A stretch of DNA of 40,500 nt from Escherichia phage P151, in the sequence record PP083182.1. The stretch is one strand, 5' to 3'. How positions within the stretch are numbered: position 1 is the first letter of the stretch; every line of letters begins with the position of its first letter. The notes under the pieces were generated by a model, which worked only from the letters and a program-made list of their open reading frames with translations, had not been told where the DNA came from and did no database searches. Below are positions 20,001 through 28,725 of the stretch, one piece after another. The translations under genes and the position numbers were made by a program.

Positions 20001-21039
20001 GCACACAACTCAAGAACTGGCGGCTCGCTCACCTCTGACCAAGTTCCTCAATGGTACTTCAAACTACCTTCTGGACATGGCCCGTCAGGGTGTTATGGGT
20101 GATGTGGTAACTCATGCTATCACTGGCAAGGGTGCCAACAAGTGGATTAAAGGTGACATGCTGAAGTCTGCGAGTATCTCTAAGGAACAGTGGGAAGGCA
20201 TTCAGGCTCTTATCCGTGAGAACGTTACCCGTGGGGAAGATGGTAAGTTCACCTTTAAGGATAAGAAGGCTCTGGCTAATGACCCTCGTGCTATGGACTT
20301 GTGGCGCTTGGCTGACAAGGTAGCCGATGAAACGATGCTTCGACCTCATAAGGTTTCCTTACAGGATTCCCATGCGTTTGGGGCTACCGCTAAGTTAGTC
20401 CTTCAGTTTAAATCGTTTGTCATCAAGTCGATGAACTCTAAGTTTATCCGCTCTGGCAACGAAGCCTTTAAGAACCATCGCGCTATGGACATGGCGCTGA
20501 CCTATGCTATCTCTGGTGGTCTTGCTGGTTCCTACTACGTGGCACAGGCTCACTTGAAAGCTGCTGGTCTTCCTAAAGAGCAACAGAAGGATTACTTGAA
20601 GAAAGCTCTCGACCCTAAGATGATTGCCTACGCTGCGGCCTCCCGAAGTTCACACTTAGGGTCTCCGTTGAGTATCGCTAACTTCTTTATGGGTGCTGCT
20701 GGATACGACCAAGGTCTTATGGTTCGATCTACGATTCTCCCTAAAGGAGAGGATAAGAAAGAACGAAACAAGGCGGTAACTTCTCGTGACATGGGTGATT
20801 CCATTATGGGCGCTATTGGTGAACAGGTTCCTGCTCTTGGGTTCGCTGGTGCTACTTTTGCTGCTGGTCGAAATGCTTATGGTGTCCTTACGGCTCCAAA
20901 CAAAGTGACCGAGCGTGAGATGATGACTGGCTTAATGAACGCCCACAGAGAGATGATTCCTAACGACCCAATCTCCCAACAGATGCTAATCAAGTTCTAT
21001 GAGGCCAATGGTGTTCACCTAAAGTCTGACAAGAAGTAA
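17092..21039 (+). CDS. Internal virion protein gp16 with N-terminal lytic transglycosylase domain (1315 aa)
   Basis: GTG start after AGGAGG; MDKY N-terminus, GPRGVMQFTKATGQAYGL (catalytic Glu region), LKAALAYNQGEGR and long C-terminal identity to T7 gp16. Confidence 0.96.
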   Translation: MDKYNPNEPHEYDALFQQAADTHGVSYGLLRKVGWVESRFKPTAQSPTGPRGVMQFTKATGQAYGLQSDEDFNDPAKSIDAGARYLADLVKKYNGDELKAALAYNQGEGRNGKPQLEAYDSGNFAGIGDEGRNYLRSLLDVAKSPKSGDIESFGGITPKGKGIPFDAAMSGIGKKGKVTTELPESHSMSFQGKEQAAPNQPFGKDYWEAKGTTLDEANERSTFFGFGSATEAELSNSTLGVAFRAGKRDNGFDVLTDVLQPTRFNSHIWSPEELEKIRTEVKNPAYMNVVLGGSAENLDELIKMANENFEADAKAADAGLGAKLSAGLIGAGVDPLTYVPLAGSTAKGFKLVNKALMVGAQAGALNVASEGLRTSVAGGDAHYAEAALAGMLLAGGLTAIADGVSAGLRKAGTEQIENPFAPAQMRFEARETARNTGGYDASRMPPSEDRVFSQHNGVEYAPLETEPGAVVLRDGSIISDTNLANPMTAREFAEVDPERAAWGLPMRGLSEIGLRTLRSEHAEIRGLAKDLVRSPTGMESGSHGKFGATASDIKERLHSTNQRTYNDLYGAMKEALADPEWSVGMFKSGAQGARQEIYRRAAVAIERPELQANLTKAERKVMDIMKEHFDLKREMMENPSMFGNKANSIFPNSRHKGTYVPHVYSREAKQLYSQALGGSDGLQEAIAASWMTSYRSRPEVKARVDEHLAETLGIDPKAITEEMVMKHASDKAYGIAKTDEFNSSSVIDDNIEGLVGIENNSFLEARNLFDSDMPVTLPNGQQFSVNDLRDFDMKHVMPAYDRRVDGDIAIMGGTGKTTTELKDAIMALDKKSEGKGTMKGEVEALKDTVKILTGRARRNQDTVGDTMVRALSDMSFFTKNAYMGLQNLTEISGMLAKGNIRAMLHGIPVLRDLAFRNKPVSGSELKELHSMVFGKEFDQLIRPTRQDIIQRLRESTDTPDVAAKVVGSIKHTTQELAARSPLTKFLNGTSNYLLDMARQGVMGDVVTHAITGKGANKWIKGDMLKSASISKEQWEGIQALIRENVTRGEDGKFTFKDKKALANDPRAMDLWRLADKVADETMLRPHKVSLQDSHAFGATAKLVLQFKSFVIKSMNSKFIRSGNEAFKNHRAMDMALTYAISGGLAGSYYVAQAHLKAAGLPKEQQKDYLKKALDPKMIAYAAASRSSHLGSPLSIANFFMGAAGYDQGLMVRSTILPKGEDKKERNKAVTSRDMGDSIMGAIGEQVPALGFAGATFAAGRNAYGVLTAPNKVTEREMMTGLMNAHREMIPNDPISQQMLIKFYEANGVHLKSDKK

Positions 21040-21040
21040 A

Positions 21041-21063
21041 CAATACGACTCACTATTGGGAAG
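21041..21063 (+). promoter_or_regulatory. Phage RNAP promoter phi17 (CAATACGACTCACTATTGGGAAG)
   Basis: Consensus match directly after the gene 16 stop; followed by GGGAAG..CTTCCC hairpin. Confidence 0.85.
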
Positions 21064-21108
21064 GCTATCACAGCTTCCCTTTATTATAACCAACTAAGGA
21101 GGAACATT

Positions 21109-23250
21109 ATGGCAACGCCCTATAAAACAATCGCCACATATCTACTGGATTCAGTAACCACTGAGTTCGACATTCCATATCAATACCTTGCTCGCCGGTT
21201 CGTTGTTGTAAGTCTTCTGTCAGACTCAGGCGAGCCCCGTGTTCTCAATATGGGTTCAGAGTATCGCTTCGTCTCAAAGACACGAGTAGCCTTGCTTCGC
21301 CCTTGGGGAGCTAATGATGGATATTCTCGCATTGAGATTCGACGTGTGACCTCGGCTACAGACCGAATCGTGGACTTTGCTGACGGTTCTATCCTTCGTG
21401 CCTATGACCTGAACATTGCGCAGCTACAGTCACTTCATGTTTCAGAAGAGGGTCGTGAGCAGACCGCTGATTTAAGTAAGGCTTCCATGGAGCAGTCCCA
21501 ACAGTTCGCTGCTGAGTCCCAACAGTCCGCCACAGAATCAAAAGGTGCTCGTGATGAAACACTTGCTGCCATTGCGAGTGCTGGGGATAAGGCGATGACC
21601 ATTGCTCTGATTGACGATGACCCAACTCGTGGTGATGCCTTGGTTCGTGTTCGCCAGATTATTGATGGCCCAAAGGCTCAGACAGTCCACAGTAAGTTCG
21701 CCAGAATGATTGACGTGCTTGACTTTGATGGTGTGTTGGGTGATGGTGTCAATGATGATGCTAATGGTATCGAGAGAGCAGACCGCTGGTGTGCGACCAA
21801 TGGTTATACCTTAAAGTTCCCTCGGGGTCTCTATCGTATCACGCGCGGTATTGAATCATATGCTGATTGGGTGGGTGAAGGTTCTGCGACAGTTGGTACA
21901 TACCCTCTGTATGATGACAAGCAATTTCTTGTTGCAGGCCAGCGCCAGAAAATTCCTGGCTCTAACATCCTGTTCGATGGTATTTCTACTGCAAAGTTCA
22001 CCACAGCACGCACAGATAAGTTTGCTTCCTTCTCTTATGTGATTCGTAAGAATGGTCGCTCGGCCTACCGGTCAGGTGCTGGTATCCAGAAGATGGGTAT
22101 CATCCTTAACTTCGACTTCAAAGATTCTACAGGTGCTATTACTTACCCAAACAATGACAACAGCTCAACTGCTGACGTCGGTCTGCTTCTGGTTAACGTA
22201 GAGTCCAAGAACATTCGCGAAGTTAACGTTGGGGGCTACTACTCGCTGTCAGGTATTGTACACTTTGGTGTAGACCCTGATAACACACACCTTACCGAAG
22301 TACGTACTATGGGTGACATTGGACTATCTGTCATCGGTGACTCAACCGGAACCAACTCAGGGTTAAACTTGATTGGATGCTTTATTGGTGCAAACGACCA
22401 CCACAGCCGTAGCGTAATCACGGGGAATGAGCGTTGGGGTGACACTGCCTTATACATTGACATCCCGAGTGCTGCGGCTTCAGGTAGTCGTAATGGTATC
22501 TCTATGATTGGTGGTACCATCACAACCAAGACAAACATACCTATGAAGCTCGCTCGCTGTGGGGCAATCAACTTCACCAACGTTGTCTTTGAGAACGCGA
22601 CTCAGGCTGGCTCGTCTCAGGCTGGCGGAACCAAGCGATTCACAGGGACTGCGGATACAGGTGACATTGGGTTTGTTAACTGCCGCTTGAACGCCGAGCA
22701 GATTAAGAACACTGGAGCTCTCCTCGATACGGCGCCTAATGCAACCATTACCGTTATTGGTGGCAACAAGGACTATGGCTTTGAGATTTGGCATGGTAAG
22801 TCAGGTATTCGGATGAATACTGGCTCTGAACAGAACTTCCAGATGACTAACGACCCATCAACCATCACCTCAGGTCTTCGCTTCCGCAGAACCTCTTCTG
22901 GTACTCTCGAAGTAACAGTAGACAATGAGCGTGTTCTCAATATGAACAAAAATGGCATTGGGTTCGTTAAGACCCGTAAGGTTGTCCGTCCAGTGGTAGA
23001 TGGTGCCGTAACTGTTGATACCAACATTGTGTCACTTAGTGGTGGTACACTCGACCTCTCCACAATCACGGGAACTGATGGGCTGAACAGGGTGACGCTA
23101 ATGGCTAACACCTCCGCTGATATAATCACAGTGAAGACGGCTGGTGGTAACATTCGTATCGGGACTGACTTTGTTCTCAGCGGTTTCAAGACCCTGAATC
23201 TGGTATATAACGGTGCATTCTGGCTTCAGGAGGGCGGTCGCCCAGATTAA
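21109..23250 (+). CDS. Tail fiber/tailspike gp17: T7-like N-terminal adaptor domain plus pectate-lyase-like beta-helix C-terminal domain (713 aa)
   Basis: N-terminal ~150 aa (FDIPYQYLARRFVVV, RVTS-x-TDR-x-VDF-x-DGSILRAYDLN) matches the T7 gp17 N-terminus; the rest contains DFDGVLGDGVNDDANGIERA and Gly/Asn/Thr-rich repeats typical of tailspike depolymerases. Confidence 0.85.
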   Translation: MATPYKTIATYLLDSVTTEFDIPYQYLARRFVVVSLLSDSGEPRVLNMGSEYRFVSKTRVALLRPWGANDGYSRIEIRRVTSATDRIVDFADGSILRAYDLNIAQLQSLHVSEEGREQTADLSKASMEQSQQFAAESQQSATESKGARDETLAAIASAGDKAMTIALIDDDPTRGDALVRVRQIIDGPKAQTVHSKFARMIDVLDFDGVLGDGVNDDANGIERADRWCATNGYTLKFPRGLYRITRGIESYADWVGEGSATVGTYPLYDDKQFLVAGQRQKIPGSNILFDGISTAKFTTARTDKFASFSYVIRKNGRSAYRSGAGIQKMGIILNFDFKDSTGAITYPNNDNSSTADVGLLLVNVESKNIREVNVGGYYSLSGIVHFGVDPDNTHLTEVRTMGDIGLSVIGDSTGTNSGLNLIGCFIGANDHHSRSVITGNERWGDTALYIDIPSAAASGSRNGISMIGGTITTKTNIPMKLARCGAINFTNVVFENATQAGSSQAGGTKRFTGTADTGDIGFVNCRLNAEQIKNTGALLDTAPNATITVIGGNKDYGFEIWHGKSGIRMNTGSEQNFQMTNDPSTITSGLRFRRTSSGTLEVTVDNERVLNMNKNGIGFVKTRKVVRPVVDGAVTVDTNIVSLSGGTLDLSTITGTDGLNRVTLMANTSADIITVKTAGGNIRIGTDFVLSGFKTLNLVYNGAFWLQEGGRPD

Positions 23251-23265
23251 CATAAGGAGGACACA

Positions 23266-23472
23266 ATGTTGTCATTAGATTTTAACAACGAGGTAGTGAA
23301 GGCTGCTCCGATTGTAGGGACAGGTGTAGCCGATGGTGCTGCCCGTCTGTTCTTCGGACTGTCCCTTAACGAGTGGTTCTATGTAGCTGCAATTGCCTAC
23401 ACAGTGGCTCAAATTGGTGCCAAGGTAGTCGATGTGATTATCAAATGGAAGAAGGAGGGTAAAGATGTCTAA
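23266..23472 (+). CDS. Type II holin gp17.5 (68 aa)
   Basis: MLSLDFNNE-x-KAAPIVGTGVAD...RLFFGLSLNEWFYVAAIAYTV-x-QIGAKVVD near-identical to T7 gp17.5. Confidence 0.95.
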   Translation: MLSLDFNNEVVKAAPIVGTGVADGAARLFFGLSLNEWFYVAAIAYTVAQIGAKVVDVIIKWKKEGKDV

Positions 23473-23734
23473 CGATAAATCTTTGATTCAATTCCTTGAG
23501 ATGCTGGACACTGAGATGGCTCAACGTATGCTGAAAGACCTTCAGGATGACGAGAAGCGAACGCCTCAACTGTACAACGCAATCGGGAAACTGTTAGAAC
23601 GCCACAAGTTCCAAGTCTCCAAGTTACATCCAGACCGTAACATCCTTGGTGGACTGGCAGATGGACTCGAAGAGTACCAGAACCTAGTGGGTGCTGATGG
23701 TCTCACTGAAGATGAGAAGTACACGCTGAACTGA
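23465..23734 (+). CDS. Terminase small subunit gp18 (89 aa)
   Basis: KSLI-x-FLEMLDT-x-MAQRML-x-DL and PQLYNAI-x-KLL-x-RHKFQ match T7 gp18. Confidence 0.93.
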   Translation: MSNDKSLIQFLEMLDTEMAQRMLKDLQDDEKRTPQLYNAIGKLLERHKFQVSKLHPDRNILGGLADGLEEYQNLVGADGLTEDEKYTLN

Positions 23735-23737
23735 TGG

Positions 23738-23778
23738 AATAACTCAAGGCCACTACATCTAGTGGTCTTTATGATATT
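23738..23778 (+). promoter_or_regulatory. RNase III-type processing hairpin (R18.5-like)
   Basis: AACTCAAGGCCACTA-CATC-TAGTGGTCTTTATGATAT inverted repeat between genes 18 and 18.5. Confidence 0.6.
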
Positions 23779-23832
23779 TCAACACAACTCACGGTAACGC
23801 TACGTGAAATCTGAAAATATGGGAGGGTAGTT

Positions 23833-24279
23833 ATGCTCAAGAATTTAAAGAGCTACGCCATAATCGCTGCGTTTGCCTTGGGGATTACCCTTGCGTATAA
23901 CCACGGCTATGACAAAGCTAACACTAAATGGGAACAGGAGGTGCACAATGAGTACGTTAAGAAAGTTAAGGCGACTGAGGATAAACAAGCTGCTGTCAAC
24001 GAAATCTCACGACAATACCAAGAAGACCTTGCGGCGCTGGAAGGCAGCACTGATAGGGTCATTAATGATTTGCGTAACGATGGTAAGCGCTTGCGCGTCA
24101 AACTATCAGCCACCACACGAGAACTCCAAGATAACGGTGGATGCCTCGTTGATGGTCGAGCCGAACTTGACGAAGAGTTTAGTAAGCGTCTTATCGGAGT
24201 AACTCAAAGAGGGGATGCGTGGATTCGTGCGCTCCAAGATACAATCAAAGAAATGCAAACTAAGAAGGAGGCTAAGTAA
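23833..24279 (+). CDS. Inner-membrane spanin Rz (gp18.5, 148 aa)
   Basis: [37 protein letters not shown] match T7 gp18.5; N-terminal TM segment. Confidence 0.9.
   Translation: MLKNLKSYAIIAAFALGITLAYNHGYDKANTKWEQEVHNEYVKKVKATEDKQAAVNEISRQYQEDLAALEGSTDRVINDLRNDGKRLRVKLSATTRELQDNGGCLVDGRAELDEEFSKRLIGVTQRGDAWIRALQDTIKEMQTKKEAK
23948..24202 (+). CDS. Outer-membrane lipoprotein spanin Rz1 (gp18.7, 84 aa), embedded in the +1 frame of Rz
   Basis: [11 protein letters not shown]...[18 protein letters not shown] (lipobox-like) ...[11 protein letters not shown] resembles T7 gp18.7; lies entirely within Rz. Confidence 0.8.
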   Translation: MSTLRKLRRLRINKLLSTKSHDNTKKTLRRWKAALIGSLMICVTMVSACASNYQPPHENSKITVDASLMVEPNLTKSLVSVLSE

Positions 24280-26039
24280 TGTCACAATCCCAAGAAGCTA
24301 AGAATGCGTTAATCATTGCGCAACTTAAGGGTGACTTCGTGGCCTTCCTGTTCGTCCTATGGAAGGCTCTTAACTTACCTAAACCAACCAAGTGTCAGAT
24401 TGATATGGCACGTACACTCGCTAACGGAGACCACAAGAAGTTTATCCTTCAGGCGTTCCGTGGTATTGGCAAGTCCTTTATCACCTGTTCGTTCGTTGTG
24501 TGGGTCTTATGGCGTGACCCTCAACTTAAGGTGCTCATCGTGTCTGCCTCTAAGGAACGTGCTGATGCTAACTCCATCTTCATCAAGAACATCATTGACC
24601 TGCTGCCATTCCTCGCTGAGTTAAAACCTCGACCGGGACAGCGTGACTCCGTGATTAGCTTCGACGTTGGATTAGCTAAACCAGACCACTCACCCTCTGT
24701 GAAGTCTGTAGGTATCACTGGTCAGTTGACTGGTAGCCGTGCTGACATCATCATTGCGGATGACGTTGAGGTTCCCGGTAATAGCTCTACGAGTTCTGCC
24801 CGTGAGAAGCTCTGGACGTTGGTAACTGAGTTTGCTGCATTGCTTAAGCCATTGCCCACCTCTCGTGTTATCTACCTTGGCACACCTCAAACCGAGATGA
24901 CGCTCTACAAGGAACTTGAAGATAACAAAGGGTACAGCACTGTAATCTGGCCTGCACAGTATCCACGTAATGACGCTGAGGCTCTCTACTATGGGGACCG
25001 CTTGGCTCCGATGCTTAAGGCTGAATACGATGAGGGCTTCGAGTTACTTCGTGGTCAACCTACTGACCCTATTCGATTCGACATGGATGACCTCCGTGAA
25101 CGTGAACTCGAATATGGCAAAGCTGGCTACACGCTTCAGTTCATGCTTAACCCGAACCTTAGTGATGCCGAGAAGTACCCGCTACGACTCCGTGACGCTA
25201 TCGTGTGCGCTGTGGACCCTGAACGTGCCCCATTGTCTTACCAGTGGTTGCCGAACCGTCAGAACCGCAATGAGGAACTCCCTAACGTTGGTCTGAAGGG
25301 TGATGACATCCATGCGTTCCATACGTGCTCTTCTCGTACCGCTGAGTATCAGTCTAAGATTCTGGTCATTGACCCAAGTGGTCGTGGTAAGGATGAGACC
25401 GGGTACGCAGTCCTCTACTCACTTAACGGTTATATCTACTTGATGGAAGTCGGTGGGTTCCGTGGTGGTTACGAAGATGCTACCCTAGAGAAGCTCGCTA
25501 AGAAGGCCAAGCAGTGGAAGGTACAGACAGTCGTTCACGAGTCCAACTTCGGTGACGGTATGTTCGGTAAGATTTTCTCTCCGATTCTCCTGAAGCACCA
25601 CAAGTGTGCCTTAGAGGAAATCCGTGCTAAAGGCATGAAGGAGATGCGAATCTGCGATACTATCGAGCCGTTGATGGGTGCGCACAAGCTGGTCATTCGT
25701 GATGAGGTTATCCGTGAAGACTATCAGACTGCTCGTGACCTTGATGGGAAACATGATGTTCGCTACAGTGCGTTCTATCAGATGACCCGTATGACCCGTG
25801 AGCGAGGCGCTGTGGCACACGATGACCGACTTGATGCTATCGCATTGGGTATCGAGTTCCTGCGTGAAGGGATGCTTGTGGACAGCCGTGTAGGTGAAGA
25901 AGAGATGACCCTTGAGTTCCTTGAACACCACATGGAGAAACAGACCATTGGTGGTGATGCTATCCATAGCTACGATGTTGGTGGCGTGGACATCTACTAC
26001 GAGGACGATGGAGACTCTAGCTGCTTCATTGAGTGGTAA
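24279..26039 (+). CDS. Terminase large subunit gp19 (586 aa)
   Basis: Same length as T7 gp19; [35 protein letters not shown] (Walker A-like), [30 protein letters not shown] conserved. Confidence 0.97.
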   Translation: MSQSQEAKNALIIAQLKGDFVAFLFVLWKALNLPKPTKCQIDMARTLANGDHKKFILQAFRGIGKSFITCSFVVWVLWRDPQLKVLIVSASKERADANSIFIKNIIDLLPFLAELKPRPGQRDSVISFDVGLAKPDHSPSVKSVGITGQLTGSRADIIIADDVEVPGNSSTSSAREKLWTLVTEFAALLKPLPTSRVIYLGTPQTEMTLYKELEDNKGYSTVIWPAQYPRNDAEALYYGDRLAPMLKAEYDEGFELLRGQPTDPIRFDMDDLRERELEYGKAGYTLQFMLNPNLSDAEKYPLRLRDAIVCAVDPERAPLSYQWLPNRQNRNEELPNVGLKGDDIHAFHTCSSRTAEYQSKILVIDPSGRGKDETGYAVLYSLNGYIYLMEVGGFRGGYEDATLEKLAKKAKQWKVQTVVHESNFGDGMFGKIFSPILLKHHKCALEEIRAKGMKEMRICDTIEPLMGAHKLVIRDEVIREDYQTARDLDGKHDVRYSAFYQMTRMTRERGAVAHDDRLDAIALGIEFLREGMLVDSRVGEEEMTLEFLEHHMEKQTIGGDAIHSYDVGGVDIYYEDDGDSSCFIEW

Positions 26040-26126
26040 TAGATAAGTATGCGGGAAAGGTGCATAAGTACGCATTGAGTACCGCTACGTTACCATTAAG
26101 AAAACATCAATGAAAACAAGAGGTTA

Positions 26127-26149
26127 TTAATACGACTCACTATTGGGAA
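26127..26149 (+). promoter_or_regulatory. Phage RNAP promoter phiOR (TAATACGACTCACTATTGGGAAG)
   Basis: Consensus promoter between genes 19 and 19.5, as T7 phiOR. Confidence 0.85.
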
Positions 26150-26308
26150 GGGCCCCCCTAAGACAACTTAAAGACACTTAAAGACTGCATATGCAAAGTG
26201 CATACTTAGTGACTACTCTTAGAGACCCTTACAGTGAGGGATGATAGTAATAGTAATTACATCCCTAACTATCAGTGTAACCATCAAGTATAACAAGGAG
26301 GACGCTCT

Positions 26309-26464
26309 ATGCGATTACTATCCGTGCTTAAGACACTAGCAACGCATCGAGTGACCTATAAATTTCTCGTTGTACTTGCTGCTTCCATTGGTCTCGCATC
26401 TAGTGCTGAACACATCGGTGAACTGGAGACTCTGCTTTGTTCTCTACTCACTTGTGTTCCTTAG
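26309..26464 (+). CDS. gp19.5-like small membrane protein (51 aa)
   Basis: Hand-translated: MRLLSVLKTLATHRVTYKFLVVLAASIGLASSAEHIGELETLLCSLLTCVP; AAGGAGG RBS; HRVTY-(K/R)-FLVVL resembles T7 gp19.5. Confidence 0.7.
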   Translation: MRLLSVLKTLATHRVTYKFLVVLAASIGLASSAEHIGELETLLCSLLTCVP

Positions 26465-26549
26465 ACTGCTCATTGGCGCTTAGTGCGCGCTCTTAGTGAT
26501 TATGGTCGATATACATCTTCCCTATAATCACTGTAAGAAGTCAACTCTA

Positions 26550-27045
26550 AGAGGTAGCCTTATGTATTCCTTAATGGTCTACAAGGTCTCTTAGGGTCTC
26601 TCACGTAGTCTCACCGCTATGCTCCCTGCGTAGCACCTTATGATAGAGCCTCTGTGGTTAACCTTATGAGATACTTGATGTACCCCTTTAAGAATCCTAC
26701 AGAAAAATCTGAGTGGGTATCTCATAGTTCATACACACCGAGTTCCCCCCTATGGCCTCCTTCAGTTCCACCCAAATAGTGCCACCCCTATGGTAACTTA
26801 TGGCTTACTTAATGTCAATCCTTATGTGAGACATTGAGTTAACTTTGGGATGACCACTAGATATGGTGTGTGGGGGACCTTATGACCACTATATGTAGTC
26901 CTCTCTGTGTCCCTATCTGTAAGTGACCATTGAGTATCACCTTATGTCATCACCTTATGTCATCACCTTGCTAGCCTTATGTTATCACCTTATGACCATT
27001 CCTATCCTTATGTTAACCTTCAGTCAGTGCCTTATGTTTATCAGT
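26550..27045. repeat. Array of about 14 short CCTTATG-type repeats spanning the probable physical genome ends / terminal repeat (collapsed)
   Basis: Motif recurs at irregular spacing; embedded TCTCAC..., CTCTCTGTGTCCCTATCTGT and CCCCTATGG resemble the T7 terminal repeat, where the short repeat is CCTAAAG. Confidence 0.6.
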
Positions 27046-27178
27046 GACCAGTAGGCTTCGTCACAAAGGAGATTCATTATCTTACTCTGTTTATCAGTCT
27101 CTGAGTAATGAGAGAGACACAAGTAATATCGACTGAGTGCCTATAGTGCCTTAAAGATGGCTTAGAGTCAATGGCCTT

Positions 27179-27201
27179 TAATATGACTCACTATTGAGAG
27201 A
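27179..27201 (+). promoter_or_regulatory. Phage RNAP promoter phiOL (TAATATGACTCACTATTGAGAGA)
   Basis: 21/23 consensus match upstream of the host promoters, as T7 phiOL. Confidence 0.75.
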
Positions 27202-27303
27202 GAGAGGGAGAAACACTGCTAATGGTCATTCTCTCTTTATGTCTACTATAAGAGACTATAAGACAACTTAAAGAGAGGCTTTAAGATTCTTTAAGATTAA
27301 GTG

Positions 27304-27333
27304 TTGACATTGATAATGGCTCATGAGACTATA
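27304..27333 (+). promoter_or_regulatory. Host sigma70-type early promoter (A1-like)
   Basis: -35 TTGACA at 27304, 17-bp spacer, -10 region GACTAT/ACTATA; analogous to T7 A1 (TTGACT...GATACT). Confidence 0.6.
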
Positions 27334-27438
27334 TCAACCGTTGAGAGACACAACGCTATCAACTACCAGACAATACCGCGAGTTATCTGGTAAGGCTGAA
27401 GGGTCTCAAGTAGTCATCAACCAGACATATGAAAGTGG

Positions 27439-27467
27439 TTGACTCAACGGTAACAAAGCAGTAAGCT
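27439..27467 (+). promoter_or_regulatory. Host sigma70-type early promoter (A2/A3-like)
   Basis: -35 TTGACT, 17-bp spacer, -10 TAAGCT. Confidence 0.55.
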
Positions 27468-27530
27468 ACACAACGTCAACACAACGACTACCCTCTGAAA
27501 CAACATGAGGTGTCACGGTAAGAAAAGGTG

Positions 27531-27560
27531 TTGACAAGCAGTAAAGATAAGATGTAAACT
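27531..27560 (+). promoter_or_regulatory. Host sigma70-type early promoter (A2/A3-like)
   Basis: -35 TTGACA, 17-18 bp spacer, -10 GTAAAC/TAAACT. Confidence 0.5.
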
Positions 27561-27741
27561 GTACGGCATAACGTTCTTGTGAAGTCCCACACTGAAAGGG
27601 ACTCGGTGCTAACGAAACCTGCACTTAAAGTTCTTTAACAATATGGTCGTGTAATTCCCTTACTGCGAGACAGGTAGTCAAGAACTACGGGGATGACGTG
27701 AACGCACAAGCGTTTAACCAATGATAACGCCGACTGATAGC

Positions 27742-27795
27742 GATTAACTCAAGGGCGCACATTAAGTAACAACGTGTGCTCTTTATGATAATCAC
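27742..27795 (+). promoter_or_regulatory. RNase III-type processing hairpin (R0.3-like)
   Basis: GATTAACTCAAGGGCGCAC...GTGTGCTCTTTATGATAATCAC inverted repeat just upstream of the first early gene. Confidence 0.6.
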
Positions 27796-27821
27796 TAACA
27801 CACACATAATGAGGCACTATC

Positions 27822-28280
27822 ATGATTTACACTAATGAACCTGCAAACGTATTCTATGTACTGGTATCAGCGTTCCGCTCTAACCTCTGCGACGAAGTAA
27901 ATATGAGTCGTCATCGTCACATGGTTAACTCACTGCGTAATGCACCGCTTGAATACGGTAGCGTTGAGTCTACAGACTTGACTGGTTGTTATCGGGAGGC
28001 CATCGCAAGTGCACCGACTGAGGAACTGACCGTTCGTGTACGCTGTGCTAACAGAGCTCAAGCAATAGCGGTTGCACGTCTGGCGTGTAACGAGTTCGAC
28101 CAAGATTGTGTATTGGTCTATAAGTCACAGACGCACACGGCTGGCTTAGTGTACGCTCAAGGCATTACTGGCTATAAAGCTGAACGTCTGCCGGGTAGCT
28201 TCCAAGAAGTGCCTAAAGGCGCACCGCTTCAAGGTTGCTTCACGATTGATGAGTTCGGTCGCCGCTGGCAAGTACAGTAA
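27822..28280 (+). CDS. T3-type gene 0.3 protein: S-adenosylmethionine-degrading enzyme (SAMase/SAM lyase), anti-restriction (152 aa)
   Basis: Same length as T3 SAMase and, from memory, near-identical over MI-x-T-x-EPANVFYVLVSAFRSNLCDEVNMSRHRHMV...KGAPLQGCFTIDEFGRRWQVQ; not checked against a database. Confidence 0.7.
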   Translation: MIYTNEPANVFYVLVSAFRSNLCDEVNMSRHRHMVNSLRNAPLEYGSVESTDLTGCYREAIASAPTEELTVRVRCANRAQAIAVARLACNEFDQDCVLVYKSQTHTAGLVYAQGITGYKAERLPGSFQEVPKGAPLQGCFTIDEFGRRWQVQ

Positions 28281-28328
28281 GTGATAAACTCAAGGTCGCT
28301 CCATGCGAGTGGCCTTTATGATTATCAC
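28281..28328 (+). promoter_or_regulatory. RNase III-type processing hairpin
   Basis: GTGATAAACTCAAGGTCGCTC-CATGC-GAGTGGCCTTTATGATTATCAC; outer GTGATAA/TTATCAC and inner arms are inverted repeats. Confidence 0.65.
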
Positions 28329-28362
28329 TTTAACCTATACACACACTATGAGGTAACACACA

Positions 28363-28725
28363 ATGGCTATGTCTAACATGACTTATAACAACGTTTTCGA
28401 TCACGCTTACGAAATGCTGAAAGAAAATATCCGTTATGATGACATCCGTGACGCTGATGACCTGCAAGATGCAGTGCATATGGCGGCTGATAATGCTGTT
28501 CCGCACTATTACAGCGAAGTTTTCAGCATAATGGCAAGCGATGGCATTGACCTCGAGTTTGAGGACTCTGGTCTTATGCCGGACACCAAGGACGTAATTC
28601 GTATCCTGCAAGCGCGTATCTATGAGCAATTAACGATTGACCTCTGGGAGGACGCTGAGGACTTACTGAACGAGTATCTTGAGGAAGTCGAGGAGTCAGA
28701 AGACTACGAAGAGGATGGAGAGTAA
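28363..28725 (+). CDS. ocr: Ocr (T7 gp0.3), DNA-mimic inhibitor of type I restriction-modification (120 aa)
   Basis: [30 protein letters not shown]...HYY...[50 protein letters not shown] nearly identical to T7 Ocr; highly acidic. Confidence 0.93.
   Translation: MAMSNMTYNNVFDHAYEMLKENIRYDDIRDADDLQDAVHMAADNAVPHYYSEVFSIMASDGIDLEFEDSGLMPDTKDVIRILQARIYEQLTIDLWEDAEDLLNEYLEEVEESEDYEEDGE

Noticed and set aside
17868-20583. Multiple minus-strand ORFs (60-180 aa) inside genes 15, 16 and 17, and similar antisense ORFs elsewhere
   Set aside because: T7-like phages are transcribed entirely from one strand; these lie antisense to long conserved + strand genes and lack promoters or RBSs.
26550-27045. Possible CRISPR array, given the many short repeats
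   Set aside because: Repeat unit is only about 7 bp with irregular, very short spacing; it matches the short-repeat array at T7 genome ends, not a CRISPR repeat-spacer architecture.
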